Virus record (IMG/VR): IMGVR_UViG_3300045988_128440
Origin: a virus
Strand: one strand, 5' to 3'
Length of the DNA stretch: 52,515 nucleotides
A model generated the notes under the pieces. That model was not told where the DNA came from, did not search any database, and saw only the letters and a program-made list of their open reading frames with translations. Both the position numbers and the translations under genes were made by a program. Below, one piece after another: positions 15,081 through 23,613 of this stretch. The stretch's first letter is position 1, and each line of letters opens with the position of its first letter.

Positions 15081-15203
15081 GTCCTTTTAGAGATAAAAGG
15101 CGCTTGTACTAATGTATGGTTTAGCAAATTTTCTTATTTTTAAATCCTTTCTAGTATAAAATGACACGAATGCAATTAAGACACTGTAAAAGGTGTCTTT
15201 TTT
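15081..15203 (+). ncRNA. candidate ~120-nt small RNA (promoter-to-terminator unit without a credible ORF)
   Basis: Bounded by promoter 15047 and terminator agacac-tgtaaaag-gtgtct-T6 (15179-15203). Internal hairpin cctttt-agagat-aaaagg (15083-15100). Only 15-19-codon ORFs lacking an SD are present. Confidence 0.3.
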
Positions 15204-15231
15204 GCTTTGTAAATAATTAACATTAAAAGTA

Positions 15232-15244
15232 TTCAAATAGTAAA
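15232..15244 (+). repeat. TTCAAATAGTAAA motif copy (perfect)
   Basis: 47 nt upstream of the endolysin ATG. A TGaTATAAT extended -10 follows at 15249-15257. Confidence 0.9.
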
Positions 15245-15291
15245 TTTATGATATAATTATCATGATAAAAGCAACAAAGGAGGGTTAAAAA

Positions 15292-16098
15292 ATGTCTTTA
15301 ATTATAGGAAGCGCAAGACAAGATGAAAGAGGTAAATATAGAGGAGGTAAAGCAGGAGACCAAACAGGAAGAGAAGTCTCTACACAAGCTTATTATAGAC
15401 ACTCTAAAGGATGGTATGTGTTACGTGCTAAAAATGTATCTCATGCTAACGCTTTAGCGAGTGCAATGCAACAAGCTTGTAACAACAATAATATTGGTTA
15501 TGATCAATATAATCGTGGTGGAGTAATTACTCAAATTAAAAAGTACGGAGCATTAAATAAGATTGCTGTTAAAACTGAATGTGATTGTTCTAGTTTAGTA
15601 CGTGCTTGTGTTATTCAAGCGTGTGGAAAAGATGTGGGCAACTTCACAACATCAAATGAAGCTAGTGTATTAGAAGCTAGTGGGTTGTTTGAAAGTAAAA
15701 AAGCGGTTGATAGTTCAACAGTTTTATACAATGGTGATATTTTAGTCACTAAAACAAAAGGGCATACAGTTATTGTTGTAAGCGGTAAAGCAAGAGCAAA
15801 TACAGTTAATGTACCAACTAATTCATCTAATGATAATTGGGTTAATAGATTAAACGCTGAAATCAAAAGACAAGGCTTTTCTAAATATCCATTAGTTAAA
15901 AAAGGTGCTAAAGGAAACATCACAAGATTAATTCAAGAAAGATTAAATAGTGTAGGTTTTCATTTAAATGTTGATGGAGATTTTGGTACAAATACTTATA
16001 ACGCTGTTAAAGTGTTCCAACGTAATAGAGGTTTAAAAGTTGATGGTAAAGTTGGTCCTAAAACTTGGTCATGGTTAATTAAAGGAACTAAAATGTAA
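15292..16098 (+). CDS. endolysin: NlpC/P60-like cysteine peptidase domain plus C-terminal PG_binding_1 domain
   Basis: ECDCSSLV and GHTVIVV (Cys/His pair). C-terminus GFHLNVDGDFGTNTYNAVKVFQRNRGLKVDGKVGPKTW is a peptidoglycan-binding repeat. RBS AAAGGAGGG. Confidence 0.8.
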   Translation: MSLIIGSARQDERGKYRGGKAGDQTGREVSTQAYYRHSKGWYVLRAKNVSHANALASAMQQACNNNNIGYDQYNRGGVITQIKKYGALNKIAVKTECDCSSLVRACVIQACGKDVGNFTTSNEASVLEASGLFESKKAVDSSTVLYNGDILVTKTKGHTVIVVSGKARANTVNVPTNSSNDNWVNRLNAEIKRQGFSKYPLVKKGAKGNITRLIQERLNSVGFHLNVDGDFGTNTYNAVKVFQRNRGLKVDGKVGPKTWSWLIKGTKM

Positions 16099-16559
16099 TG
16101 GCTAAACGTGGAAGAAAAAGTAAAAAAGATGTTATTGAAGAAAATTTAGATCGTATCGAAGAAATGGCTAGGTATGGAGCAAATGAAGCTGATATAGCTA
16201 AATCTTTGGGTATTTCAGTTTCCACATGGGAGAAGTATAAAAACGAATTTTCACAATTAAAAGAAGTCTTAAAAAATGCAAGGCAAGATTTAGTTGTAGA
16301 GATTAAAAGCGCATTAGTGAAACGTGCTTTAGGCTTCAACTATGAAGAAAAGAAGCAATACATAACCGAAGATGAAGAGGGTTATAAGAAAAAGCATACT
16401 GAAATCACAACTAAATATTGTCCTCCTGATGTGGGGGCAATAAATAGTGCCTTACAAAATTTTGATGATAATTGGTATAGAGATAAAAGACAAATTGAAT
16501 TAAAGCGCCAAGAATTAGAATTAAGAAAACAAATGGCAAATGATAAAGAATGGGAGTGA
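16098..16559 (+). CDS. HTH protein of the family commonly annotated as terminase small subunit
   Basis: ADIAKSLGISVSTWEKYK (HTH); KRALGFNYEE..PPDVGAINSALQNFDDNWYRDK. Its start overlaps the lysin stop (TAATG). TGA is followed directly by TAG. Confidence 0.5.
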   Translation: MAKRGRKSKKDVIEENLDRIEEMARYGANEADIAKSLGISVSTWEKYKNEFSQLKEVLKNARQDLVVEIKSALVKRALGFNYEEKKQYITEDEEGYKKKHTEITTKYCPPDVGAINSALQNFDDNWYRDKRQIELKRQELELRKQMANDKEWE

Positions 16560-16565
16560 TAGCAT

Positions 16566-17390
16566 ATGAAAAATATAATTAACGTAGATTTTCAAAACAC
16601 AATAAATAGCGGTATGTATTGTGTAGCGAATGATACAAACACATTAGATTTATGCCTTACTCCCTCTTTAGTTCAAAAAACAAATTATAGAGTTGAAGTT
16701 ACTGATACTAATAACATTGTTCATACATCAAAAGCTATAGGATTAAACGCAAATGATCAAATTAAATATCAAGTAAGCAACGCTTATTACAATGGCAATG
16801 GTGTAATGAAAATAAGATTATTAAGTAATGAAAGTAATAGTGATTATATAATCTTTAATTGTGTTGAGTTCACAACCGAAGATTTAATTTGTAAATATGC
16901 AAACAATCAATATAACTTTTCAGTTAAAAAAGTAAATCCACTCGAATTACCTATTGCAACGAAAGAGAAACTAGGAGCGGTTATTGTTGGTGATGGTTTA
17001 GAAGTAGATACAGCAGGTAAGATAACCGCAAATGGTGGTGTTAGCAATACATTAAATATTGGTGAAAACTTTAGCGGATATACTGATGGTGAGGGGTATA
17101 TTACCTTGTGTATTCCTCATGTTGTCCAATGGTATGAAGCAAATGGTAAACCTAGCAAAGTTGTAGTAAGCGGTGGCGGTAATTTTAATCTTATTTATGA
17201 TGGTCAAACAAACAAAGGCTCTTATACTGTTGTTCCTGTAAATATAGATACTAGCGAATCAATAGCAACTCAAATATCACAAGGGTATTTGAGAATAAAG
17301 CCAAATTGGACAATAGGTGGTTCTTCTAGCTGGAAAAGATATTTAATTAGTGGCTACACAACCAAAAACATTATTTTAACTGTAAATTAA
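16566..17390 (+). CDS. tail-fibre-like structural protein
   Basis: LPIATKEKLGAVIVGDGLEVDTAGKITA resembles a motif common in phage fibres. Confidence 0.5.
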   Translation: MKNIINVDFQNTINSGMYCVANDTNTLDLCLTPSLVQKTNYRVEVTDTNNIVHTSKAIGLNANDQIKYQVSNAYYNGNGVMKIRLLSNESNSDYIIFNCVEFTTEDLICKYANNQYNFSVKKVNPLELPIATKEKLGAVIVGDGLEVDTAGKITANGGVSNTLNIGENFSGYTDGEGYITLCIPHVVQWYEANGKPSKVVVSGGGNFNLIYDGQTNKGSYTVVPVNIDTSESIATQISQGYLRIKPNWTIGGSSSWKRYLISGYTTKNIILTVN

Positions 17391-17405
17391 AAGAGGTGAT
17401 TTAAA

Positions 17406-17831
17406 GTGTCAAAACATTATGCAATTTGTGAAAATATGTGTATAGAAGAAACTTATTCAAAAAAAGAAATAGATGAAAAATTAAGTAATGTTGTTATTCT
17501 TGAAATTGATGTTAAAGGTGAATATGGTAATGGTAAAGAAATCCTGGAGCCCTTTGAGGCTGGTAATATAAATGACTATTATGTTGTAAGTGTAATGATT
17601 GATAATAAAAAAAGTAACTATCGTCTTTGGTCAAATCAACCATTTGTTAGTTCTAGAAGCGGTACAAATTTAGTTGGTATTGACGAATTTAATGTTAAAT
17701 TGAGCGAATATGGTATAAAAATCAATTATCATTTTGATACACAAGTTTCTAAAGCTGATCCCGTTGATTTTAAAATCATATTAATTTTACAAAATAAAAC
17801 AGGCGCTAAAATATATGAATATGCTGGATAA
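17406..17831 (+). CDS. hypothetical structural-module protein
   Basis: GTG start after AAGAGGTG; 141 aa. Confidence 0.65.
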   Translation: MSKHYAICENMCIEETYSKKEIDEKLSNVVILEIDVKGEYGNGKEILEPFEAGNINDYYVVSVMIDNKKSNYRLWSNQPFVSSRSGTNLVGIDEFNVKLSEYGIKINYHFDTQVSKADPVDFKIILILQNKTGAKIYEYAG

Positions 17832-17873
17832 TATTTATAAATCTAAAAAAAGAAAAATAAGGAGATAAACAAA

Positions 17874-18179
17874 ATGAAAGTAAAAGCAAATTTTGATTAC
17901 AACGATATTTTATTAAAAAGATTAGTAAAGAAAGATGAAGTTATTGAAGTTGATGATGTAAGAGCAAAAGTGCTAACAACTGAATTATACAATGGTGTAC
18001 CTTTTTGTAATATTGTAGAAGAAAAACAAAAAGAAAAAGAGGAAGATAAAGAACCATTAGAGCCTAAAGAACCTTTAGAAGAAAATAAAGATATTTTACA
18101 ACCTAAAGAAGATTTAGATGAAGTTGTAGAAGAAAAGCCAAAAAGAAAAAGAACTAGAAAAGCTAAAGTTGAAGAATAA
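17874..18179 (+). CDS. hypothetical protein with acidic/basic low-complexity tail
   Basis: RBS AAGGAGA; contains EPLEPKEPLEE repeats. Confidence 0.65.
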   Translation: MKVKANFDYNDILLKRLVKKDEVIEVDDVRAKVLTTELYNGVPFCNIVEEKQKEKEEDKEPLEPKEPLEENKDILQPKEDLDEVVEEKPKRKRTRKAKVEE

Positions 18180-18216
18180 GATCGTAAATATTTAACAAGG
18201 AAAAGAGGTGAGACCA

Positions 18217-19305
18217 ATGTATATTCTAGTTAATGCTTATGAAAATAGATGTGTTGAAGTAACTCAAACTACAATAGGAAAAACATTTGAAAACGAAGCA
18301 ACCATATTAAAGATTTTATTTCATGGAGATATGGTTGAAAATGATGTATACCTAGAGTTTAAGAAAGAAGATTGTTCTAAATTCATGACTCAACCTCTTC
18401 AAATAGTAAATGATGAAGATAATAATTATGTTGAATACAAAATGCCTATTAGCTTGTTAGATCAAGTAGGGGATTTAAGAATGGAAATTGTATTAAGAAA
18501 AGATGATTATGTTTGGAAATCATATGCTATTGATTTTCATGTTCTTGATAGTATTAACGCTAGTAATGAAGTAGCACAAGAAAACAACGATTTCTTTTCT
18601 TATGTTATGGATAGAGTTAATGTTATTAAAAAAGACGGTGAGGGTACAAAATATCTTGCTGATGATGGAACATATAAAGAGGTACAAGGTGGAGCAAGTG
18701 ATTATAATGATTTAGCTAACAAACCTATCACAAGAATAGTAAGCGGTGATAGTTCTAATAAATACCCTTTAAGAGATTTAGAAACAGGGTTATATATCTT
18801 AACAGGATATTTTACACCTTATAGCGGTATTGATGTTTCTATGGTTGCAATGGATGTATTCACGATAGTAACAAGAAATGATAGCACATCATATATACAA
18901 ATGATTTTCCCTTTCAACAATCAAATTCAATATATAAAAACTACTGATACATCATATGAAAGTAATTTCTTATCATTGAACGATTTACAAAAGGAAATGA
19001 AAGTTGTAGAAAATACATATTCTACAAGCGTAACAATTCAATTAAATGATAGAAATAGTTTTCAATATACAAAAGACCTTAAAAAGCTAACAGTTAATTT
19101 ACCAGCTGATATTGAAGCTGGTTATAATGCTCAAATAGTCTTTAATAGTGGAAGTACAGCAACTGAATTAGTTTTTAATGGTGATATAGTTTGGATTGGT
19201 GATGATGTTTCAAATAGTAAATTTACACCTCAAGCAAACAAATATTATACTGTTGATGTTTGGAAAGATGTTAATAAACTCATAGCTAAAGTGTTAGCTA
19301 TTTAA
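18217..19305 (+). CDS. tail-fibre/receptor-binding-like protein (paralogue family)
   Basis: ATG after AAGAGGTGAG. LETGLYILTGYF is a module shared with the 20200 and 21686 genes. Confidence 0.55.
   Translation: MYILVNAYENRCVEVTQTTIGKTFENEATILKILFHGDMVENDVYLEFKKEDCSKFMTQPLQIVNDEDNNYVEYKMPISLLDQVGDLRMEIVLRKDDYVWKSYAIDFHVLDSINASNEVAQENNDFFSYVMDRVNVIKKDGEGTKYLADDGTYKEVQGGASDYNDLANKPITRIVSGDSSNKYPLRDLETGLYILTGYFTPYSGIDVSMVAMDVFTIVTRNDSTSYIQMIFPFNNQIQYIKTTDTSYESNFLSLNDLQKEMKVVENTYSTSVTIQLNDRNSFQYTKDLKKLTVNLPADIEAGYNAQIVFNSGSTATELVFNGDIVWIGDDVSNSKFTPQANKYYTVDVWKDVNKLIAKVLAI
18398..18410 (+). repeat. TTCAAATAGTAAA motif copy (perfect, intragenic)
   Basis: Exact 13-mer inside CDS 18217..19305 (codes LQIVN). 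Confidence 0.85.
19209..19221 (+). repeat. TTCAAATAGTAAA motif copy (perfect, intragenic)
   Basis: Exact 13-mer 85 nt before the stop of CDS 18217..19305 and about 100 nt before ATG 19319. Confidence 0.85.
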
Positions 19306-19318
19306 GGAGGTAATTATT

Positions 19319-19477
19319 ATGTTTGTTGATGATTTATATAGTACATCTACTGAAATGGGATTAACAGCAAATATGGGTAGACAATTAAGAGAAATGATTG
19401 AAGAAGTAACTTCACGAGTTGAAGAATTAGAAGCAAGTCAAATTGACTTGTCAAAATATGTTACAAAATTATGGTAG
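19319..19477 (+). CDS. short fibre-N-terminus-like protein (52 aa)
   Basis: RBS AAGGAGG. DDLYSTSTEMGLTANMGRQLREMIE parallels the N-termini of the 21686 and 22433 genes. Confidence 0.55.
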   Translation: MFVDDLYSTSTEMGLTANMGRQLREMIEEVTSRVEELEASQIDLSKYVTKLW

Positions 19478-19489
19478 GAGTAAATAACA

Positions 19490-20197
19490 ATGTCACAAGA
19501 ATTAAACCAAGTTAAAATTAATAAGATTTCAAAAGCTTTATATGATGAAAATGTAGCAAATGGTACTATTACCCCAACAATGCAAGAACAAGAAGTATGG
19601 ATTTTCACTGATGATGAAGTATATACAAGCGCTGAAAAAACTAAATTAAATGGTATTGAAGCAGGAGCGCAAGTAAACCCAACTAAATTAAGTGAATTAT
19701 CTAATGATGTTAATTTCATTACTAATTCAGTAAACAACTTAACAAATTATTATACTAAAACAAATACTTATACAAAAACCGAAGTAAACGATTTGATCAA
19801 TGGTATTACTTCTATGAATGTAGCGGTAGTACAAACATTACCAACAAGTGGTATTAGTGCAACTACAATTTATTTAGTACCTAAATCAACTATCCAAACA
19901 AATAACGCTTATGATGAATATTTATATGTTAATAACAAATGGGAAAAGATTGGTGATACTACTATTGATTTATCTAATTATGCTTTAAAGAGTGAAATTC
20001 CAACAGTTACAAATGATTTAACTGATACATTAAAAGCACATTATGATAGTGCTTATGAACATTCACAATTAGCACACGCACCATCAAATGCACAAGCAAA
20101 CGTATTAGAAAAAGTTAAAGTAAATGGAGTTCAACAAACAATTTCTAATAAAGAAGTCAATATCACAGTACCAACAGCTAAAACTGTTATTTGGTAA
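19490..20197 (+). CDS. tail-fibre-like protein
   Basis: SAEKTKLNGIEAGAQVN and YDEYLYVNNKWEKIG resemble motifs recurrent in phage fibre proteins. Confidence 0.55.
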   Translation: MSQELNQVKINKISKALYDENVANGTITPTMQEQEVWIFTDDEVYTSAEKTKLNGIEAGAQVNPTKLSELSNDVNFITNSVNNLTNYYTKTNTYTKTEVNDLINGITSMNVAVVQTLPTSGISATTIYLVPKSTIQTNNAYDEYLYVNNKWEKIGDTTIDLSNYALKSEIPTVTNDLTDTLKAHYDSAYEHSQLAHAPSNAQANVLEKVKVNGVQQTISNKEVNITVPTAKTVIW

Positions 20198-20199
20198 TT

Positions 20200-20895
20200 A
20201 TGTCTCAAACTTTAAACGGTATTACAGTAAACAAGCTAACTTTAGCACAATACAAAAGTGCTAAAGCTAGTAGTTCACTGAATACTAATGAAGTTTATGT
20301 TATTAGTGATATTGATGAACAATTAGAAAATTTATTAGTTTATAAAGAAAGTTTAGATGTAAACAATCCAATTATTTTAAGAAGTTTAGAAAGTGGATTA
20401 TATAAGATTTATGGCTATTTCAAATATAACTCTAATCAAACAGGAATTAGCGGAGTTGACCCATTCGCATATGTGATTATTGAAAAAGGTAGTTCATTAT
20501 CATATGCAACTATTATTGATACAACAAAGGCGGTTAGATATTCAATTACTGATACAACATATCAAGATTTAGATGATACAAGTTGGATTGATCTAGCTTA
20601 TGTAAGTGGTTATAGTGCTGGTACAGCTACACAATTACAATATAGATGTAAAAATAATATGGTAACTATTAGAGGTGGGGCAACAGGAACATTTGCAAGT
20701 GGTAGTTATGTAACTGTTAATAAAGACTTATTACCAAGCAAATATAGACCTCAAAAAACAACAAGAGGTGGAGCAATGGGGGCAAGTATGAGACCATGTG
20801 GCTTTGAAGTAAATGTTGATGGAACTATCAAGCTAGGAAGTAATTTAACTACTATGCCGTCATGGATTGCCTTTTGTGTAACTTATCCTATCTAG
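20200..20895 (+). CDS. receptor-binding-like protein (paralogue family)
   Basis: LESGLYKIYGYF module; the C-terminal domain with LPSKYRP parallels LPVGYRP of the 21686 gene. Confidence 0.55.
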   Translation: MSQTLNGITVNKLTLAQYKSAKASSSLNTNEVYVISDIDEQLENLLVYKESLDVNNPIILRSLESGLYKIYGYFKYNSNQTGISGVDPFAYVIIEKGSSLSYATIIDTTKAVRYSITDTTYQDLDDTSWIDLAYVSGYSAGTATQLQYRCKNNMVTIRGGATGTFASGSYVTVNKDLLPSKYRPQKTTRGGAMGASMRPCGFEVNVDGTIKLGSNLTTMPSWIAFCVTYPI

Positions 20896-20903
20896 GAGGA
20901 ACA

Positions 20904-21602
20904 ATGAAGTATATTACTAATTTAAGTGATTTCTATAAAACTAAAGAATGGGAAGCATTTAGAAAGAAAGTTATACATGATCGCTTAAATGAATTTGGGG
21001 AAACAATAGACGAGGTAACAGGAAAGCCAATCTATAAAGAGTATGATATTATCTTACACCATAAAATAGAATTGACTTTAGAAAATGTTAATGATGTATC
21101 TATTAGTTTAAACCCTGAAAACATTATGATCGTATCATTCAAGACACATAATGAAATACATAGGCGCTTTGGAAACTATAAAAAGAAAGTCATATTAGTA
21201 CATGGTTCACCTTGTAGCGGTAAATCTACATGGGTTGAGAATGTAGCAACTAAAGATGACATTATTCTTGATATGGATAAGATATGGCAAATGATTTCTA
21301 TTAATCCAAAGTACATTAAACCTAATAGACTTAAAGAGCCTGTATTCGCATTAAGAGAGTCTATGATGGATATTATCAAAATGAGAAGCGGAATGTGGTT
21401 TAACGCTTATGTAATTGTAACCATGCCTAGAGTGATGGAGCGCAAAAGATTAATTGATCGTTTAGGGGTTGATGAAGTCATACACATTAAAGAAGATACG
21501 AGAGTTTGTCTAGAAAGGTTATATGACAATCCTAACGGACGAAATAAAGAAGAGTATGAAAAGTATATAAGAGATTACTTTACATCATATCAAGAAGAAT
21601 AA
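20904..21602 (+). CDS. HNH endonuclease fused to a P-loop NTPase/kinase-like domain
   Basis: ATG after AGGAGG. ILHHKIELT..NPENIMIVSFKTHNEIH is HNH-like; VHGSPCSGKSTW is a Walker A motif. Confidence 0.65.
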   Translation: MKYITNLSDFYKTKEWEAFRKKVIHDRLNEFGETIDEVTGKPIYKEYDIILHHKIELTLENVNDVSISLNPENIMIVSFKTHNEIHRRFGNYKKKVILVHGSPCSGKSTWVENVATKDDIILDMDKIWQMISINPKYIKPNRLKEPVFALRESMMDIIKMRSGMWFNAYVIVTMPRVMERKRLIDRLGVDEVIHIKEDTRVCLERLYDNPNGRNKEEYEKYIRDYFTSYQEE

Positions 21603-21685
21603 TGTATGTAGTACGGAACTAATAATAATTTGTTAGTTCCATAGTGCATATATCGAAAATAAAATATAAAGGAGGATACGAGATT

Positions 21686-22420
21686 ATGGACAATAGAGCA
21701 TTAGTAGGTGTTATTGATGATTTAACGAGTGATAGCACAACGGACGCATTAAGTGCAAACCAAGGTAGAGTATTAAAAGAAATGATAGATAGTACATTAC
21801 CTTTATTAGTAGGGACAATGGACAATGATATTGTTATTGGTAATTTATCTACAGGAGTTTATAAGATCACAGGAGCATATCGTTATTGTGATAGTAGCCT
21901 AACACCTATTGCAACTGATGAACACATATTAGTTATTGTAGTTGATAGGGGTAGTGAAGTACATTATACTTTATTCTCACCAACAGGAGTAATGAGAAGA
22001 GTTATTATAAAAAATGGAGAGATAACAGTAAACCATTATTTACATATACAAGAAAGTAATATTATATCTGATGGAAAGGTAATTCCATTGATAGATAACT
22101 CATATAGCAACATAACTTTAAAGAGTGGTATAACAGCGCATAACTCAACAAACTTTCCTATTAGATGTAAGAAGCAAGGAAACGTGGTATTTATTGAGGG
22201 TGCTGTTAAAGGTATTACAAAAGAAGCATGTGAGATAGGAACATTACCTGTAGGATATAGACCTATTGGTAAGAAGATTTATTATCTACAATCTAGGTTA
22301 GGTGGGAAAATAGATACTTTACAAATAAGCCCTAATGGATTAATAGAGATAATGAACTCAACAGCAACTACATTTAATGCAAGTGATTATCATTTTATTT
22401 CTACATCATTTATTATTTAG
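21686..22420 (+). CDS. receptor-binding-like protein (paralogue family)
   Basis: ATG after AAAGGAGG. Has an ALSANQGRVLKEMID N-terminus, the STGVYKITGAY module and an LPVGYRP C-terminal domain. Confidence 0.6.
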   Translation: MDNRALVGVIDDLTSDSTTDALSANQGRVLKEMIDSTLPLLVGTMDNDIVIGNLSTGVYKITGAYRYCDSSLTPIATDEHILVIVVDRGSEVHYTLFSPTGVMRRVIIKNGEITVNHYLHIQESNIISDGKVIPLIDNSYSNITLKSGITAHNSTNFPIRCKKQGNVVFIEGAVKGITKEACEIGTLPVGYRPIGKKIYYLQSRLGGKIDTLQISPNGLIEIMNSTATTFNASDYHFISTSFII

Positions 22421-22432
22421 GGGGTGATACAT

Positions 22433-22963
22433 ATGAGCGAAAGAGCAATAATAGAAGTAATAGATAGTTTAGATAGTACAAGTGGAACTAATGCGTTATC
22501 AGCAAATCAAGGTAGAGTGTTAAAAGAAATGATAGACACGATAAACGCAAAAGATATTATCACAATTAAATTAGAGGATAGTTTCAATGAGGAAAGCGGA
22601 GGAACATATAAGAACGTTCCAATGATACTATATAACAAAATAGGTGATAAATTATCGTTAAGCAATAATGGAGTATTGATTGGTTCAGGAGTATCTAAAG
22701 TATTAGTTAGTAGTAATCTAAAGGTAATAAGCAATACAACAGGAAACAAACATTCAAGGATATTAAAGAATGGAACTACAATGTGTTGGACTGATAGCAC
22801 ATCAATTAAAGCAGGGCATGAAATAACTATCAACAATACACCAGTGTTAATAGATGTAGAGCAAGGAGACTTAATCACATTAGCTTACTTTGTATTAACA
22901 ACGGATAAGATAAGCGGAGGGCAATATACACCAACGTATCTAACAGTTGAAGTAGTACAATAA
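22433..22963 (+). CDS. receptor-binding-like protein (shares its N-terminus with the 21686 gene)
   Basis: ATG after GGGGGTG. The N-terminus contains ALSANQGRVLKEMID; the C-terminus is divergent. Confidence 0.6.
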   Translation: MSERAIIEVIDSLDSTSGTNALSANQGRVLKEMIDTINAKDIITIKLEDSFNEESGGTYKNVPMILYNKIGDKLSLSNNGVLIGSGVSKVLVSSNLKVISNTTGNKHSRILKNGTTMCWTDSTSIKAGHEITINNTPVLIDVEQGDLITLAYFVLTTDKISGGQYTPTYLTVEVVQ

Positions 22964-22976
22964 AGAGGTAATATAT

Positions 22977-23117
22977 ATGAGTAATGTAAAACCAATGAAG
23001 AATAGTAAGCATAAGTGCAAATGGAAAGAAGAGTATATAAAAGAAAATAAAAATAAAAAGCATAAAGAGAATAGAATGGTTAATCCGTATAAAAGGGATA
23101 GTGTAGAGAGTAGATGA
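22977..23117 (+). CDS. small basic protein (46 aa)
   Basis: RBS AAGAGG then ATG. Translation MSNVKPMKNSKHKCKWKEEYIKENKNKKHK.. Confidence 0.35.
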   Translation: MSNVKPMKNSKHKCKWKEEYIKENKNKKHKENRMVNPYKRDSVESR

Positions 23118-23281
23118 TATACCCTCCCATATGAAAAAAATTTAAAATCATAATGGGGACTGTAAGGGGAGCATATTTTACACGCAAACCCAATTTTTAA
23201 ACTTTTCAAGATAATTTGACTTGAATTTTTGAAAATCATTATATATTTTCGTTAATTATGTTATTTTAATAGTAAATAGTA

Positions 23282-23294
23282 TTCAAATAGTAAA
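23282..23294 (+). repeat. TTCAAATAGTAAA motif copy (perfect)
   Basis: 16 nt before GTG 23311 of terS; preceded by the partial copy aatagtaaat. Confidence 0.9.
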
Positions 23295-23310
23295 TAAAGG
23301 GGTGTTATTT

Positions 23311-23613
23311 GTGACAAAGGAAGAATTGAAAGAAATATTTAAAGGCATAGATGAAACAAAACAAAAAGTATTAGAAACTATGTATGATGATTTTCTTTTT
23401 GAAATTGAACAATTGGAGCAATTAAAACCCCAATTACAAAAAATAGGTGTACCAAAGAATAAAGGACAAGCGGAGCAAAAGAAATATCTTCAAAAAGAGT
23501 ATAGCGATCTTTCACAAAGGCATGATAGCAAAATTAAAATCATGCTTTCTCAATTAAATAAGGAAGATACGAGCGAAGCTGATTTATTGATGGAGAAATT
23601 AAGTAAAATATGA
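23311..23613 (+). CDS. terS: terminase small subunit (P27-family-like)
   Basis: About 100-aa helical protein directly upstream of, and overlapping (ATGA), terL. GTG start after AAAGGGG. Confidence 0.55.
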   Translation: MTKEELKEIFKGIDETKQKVLETMYDDFLFEIEQLEQLKPQLQKIGVPKNKGQAEQKKYLQKEYSDLSQRHDSKIKIMLSQLNKEDTSEADLLMEKLSKI

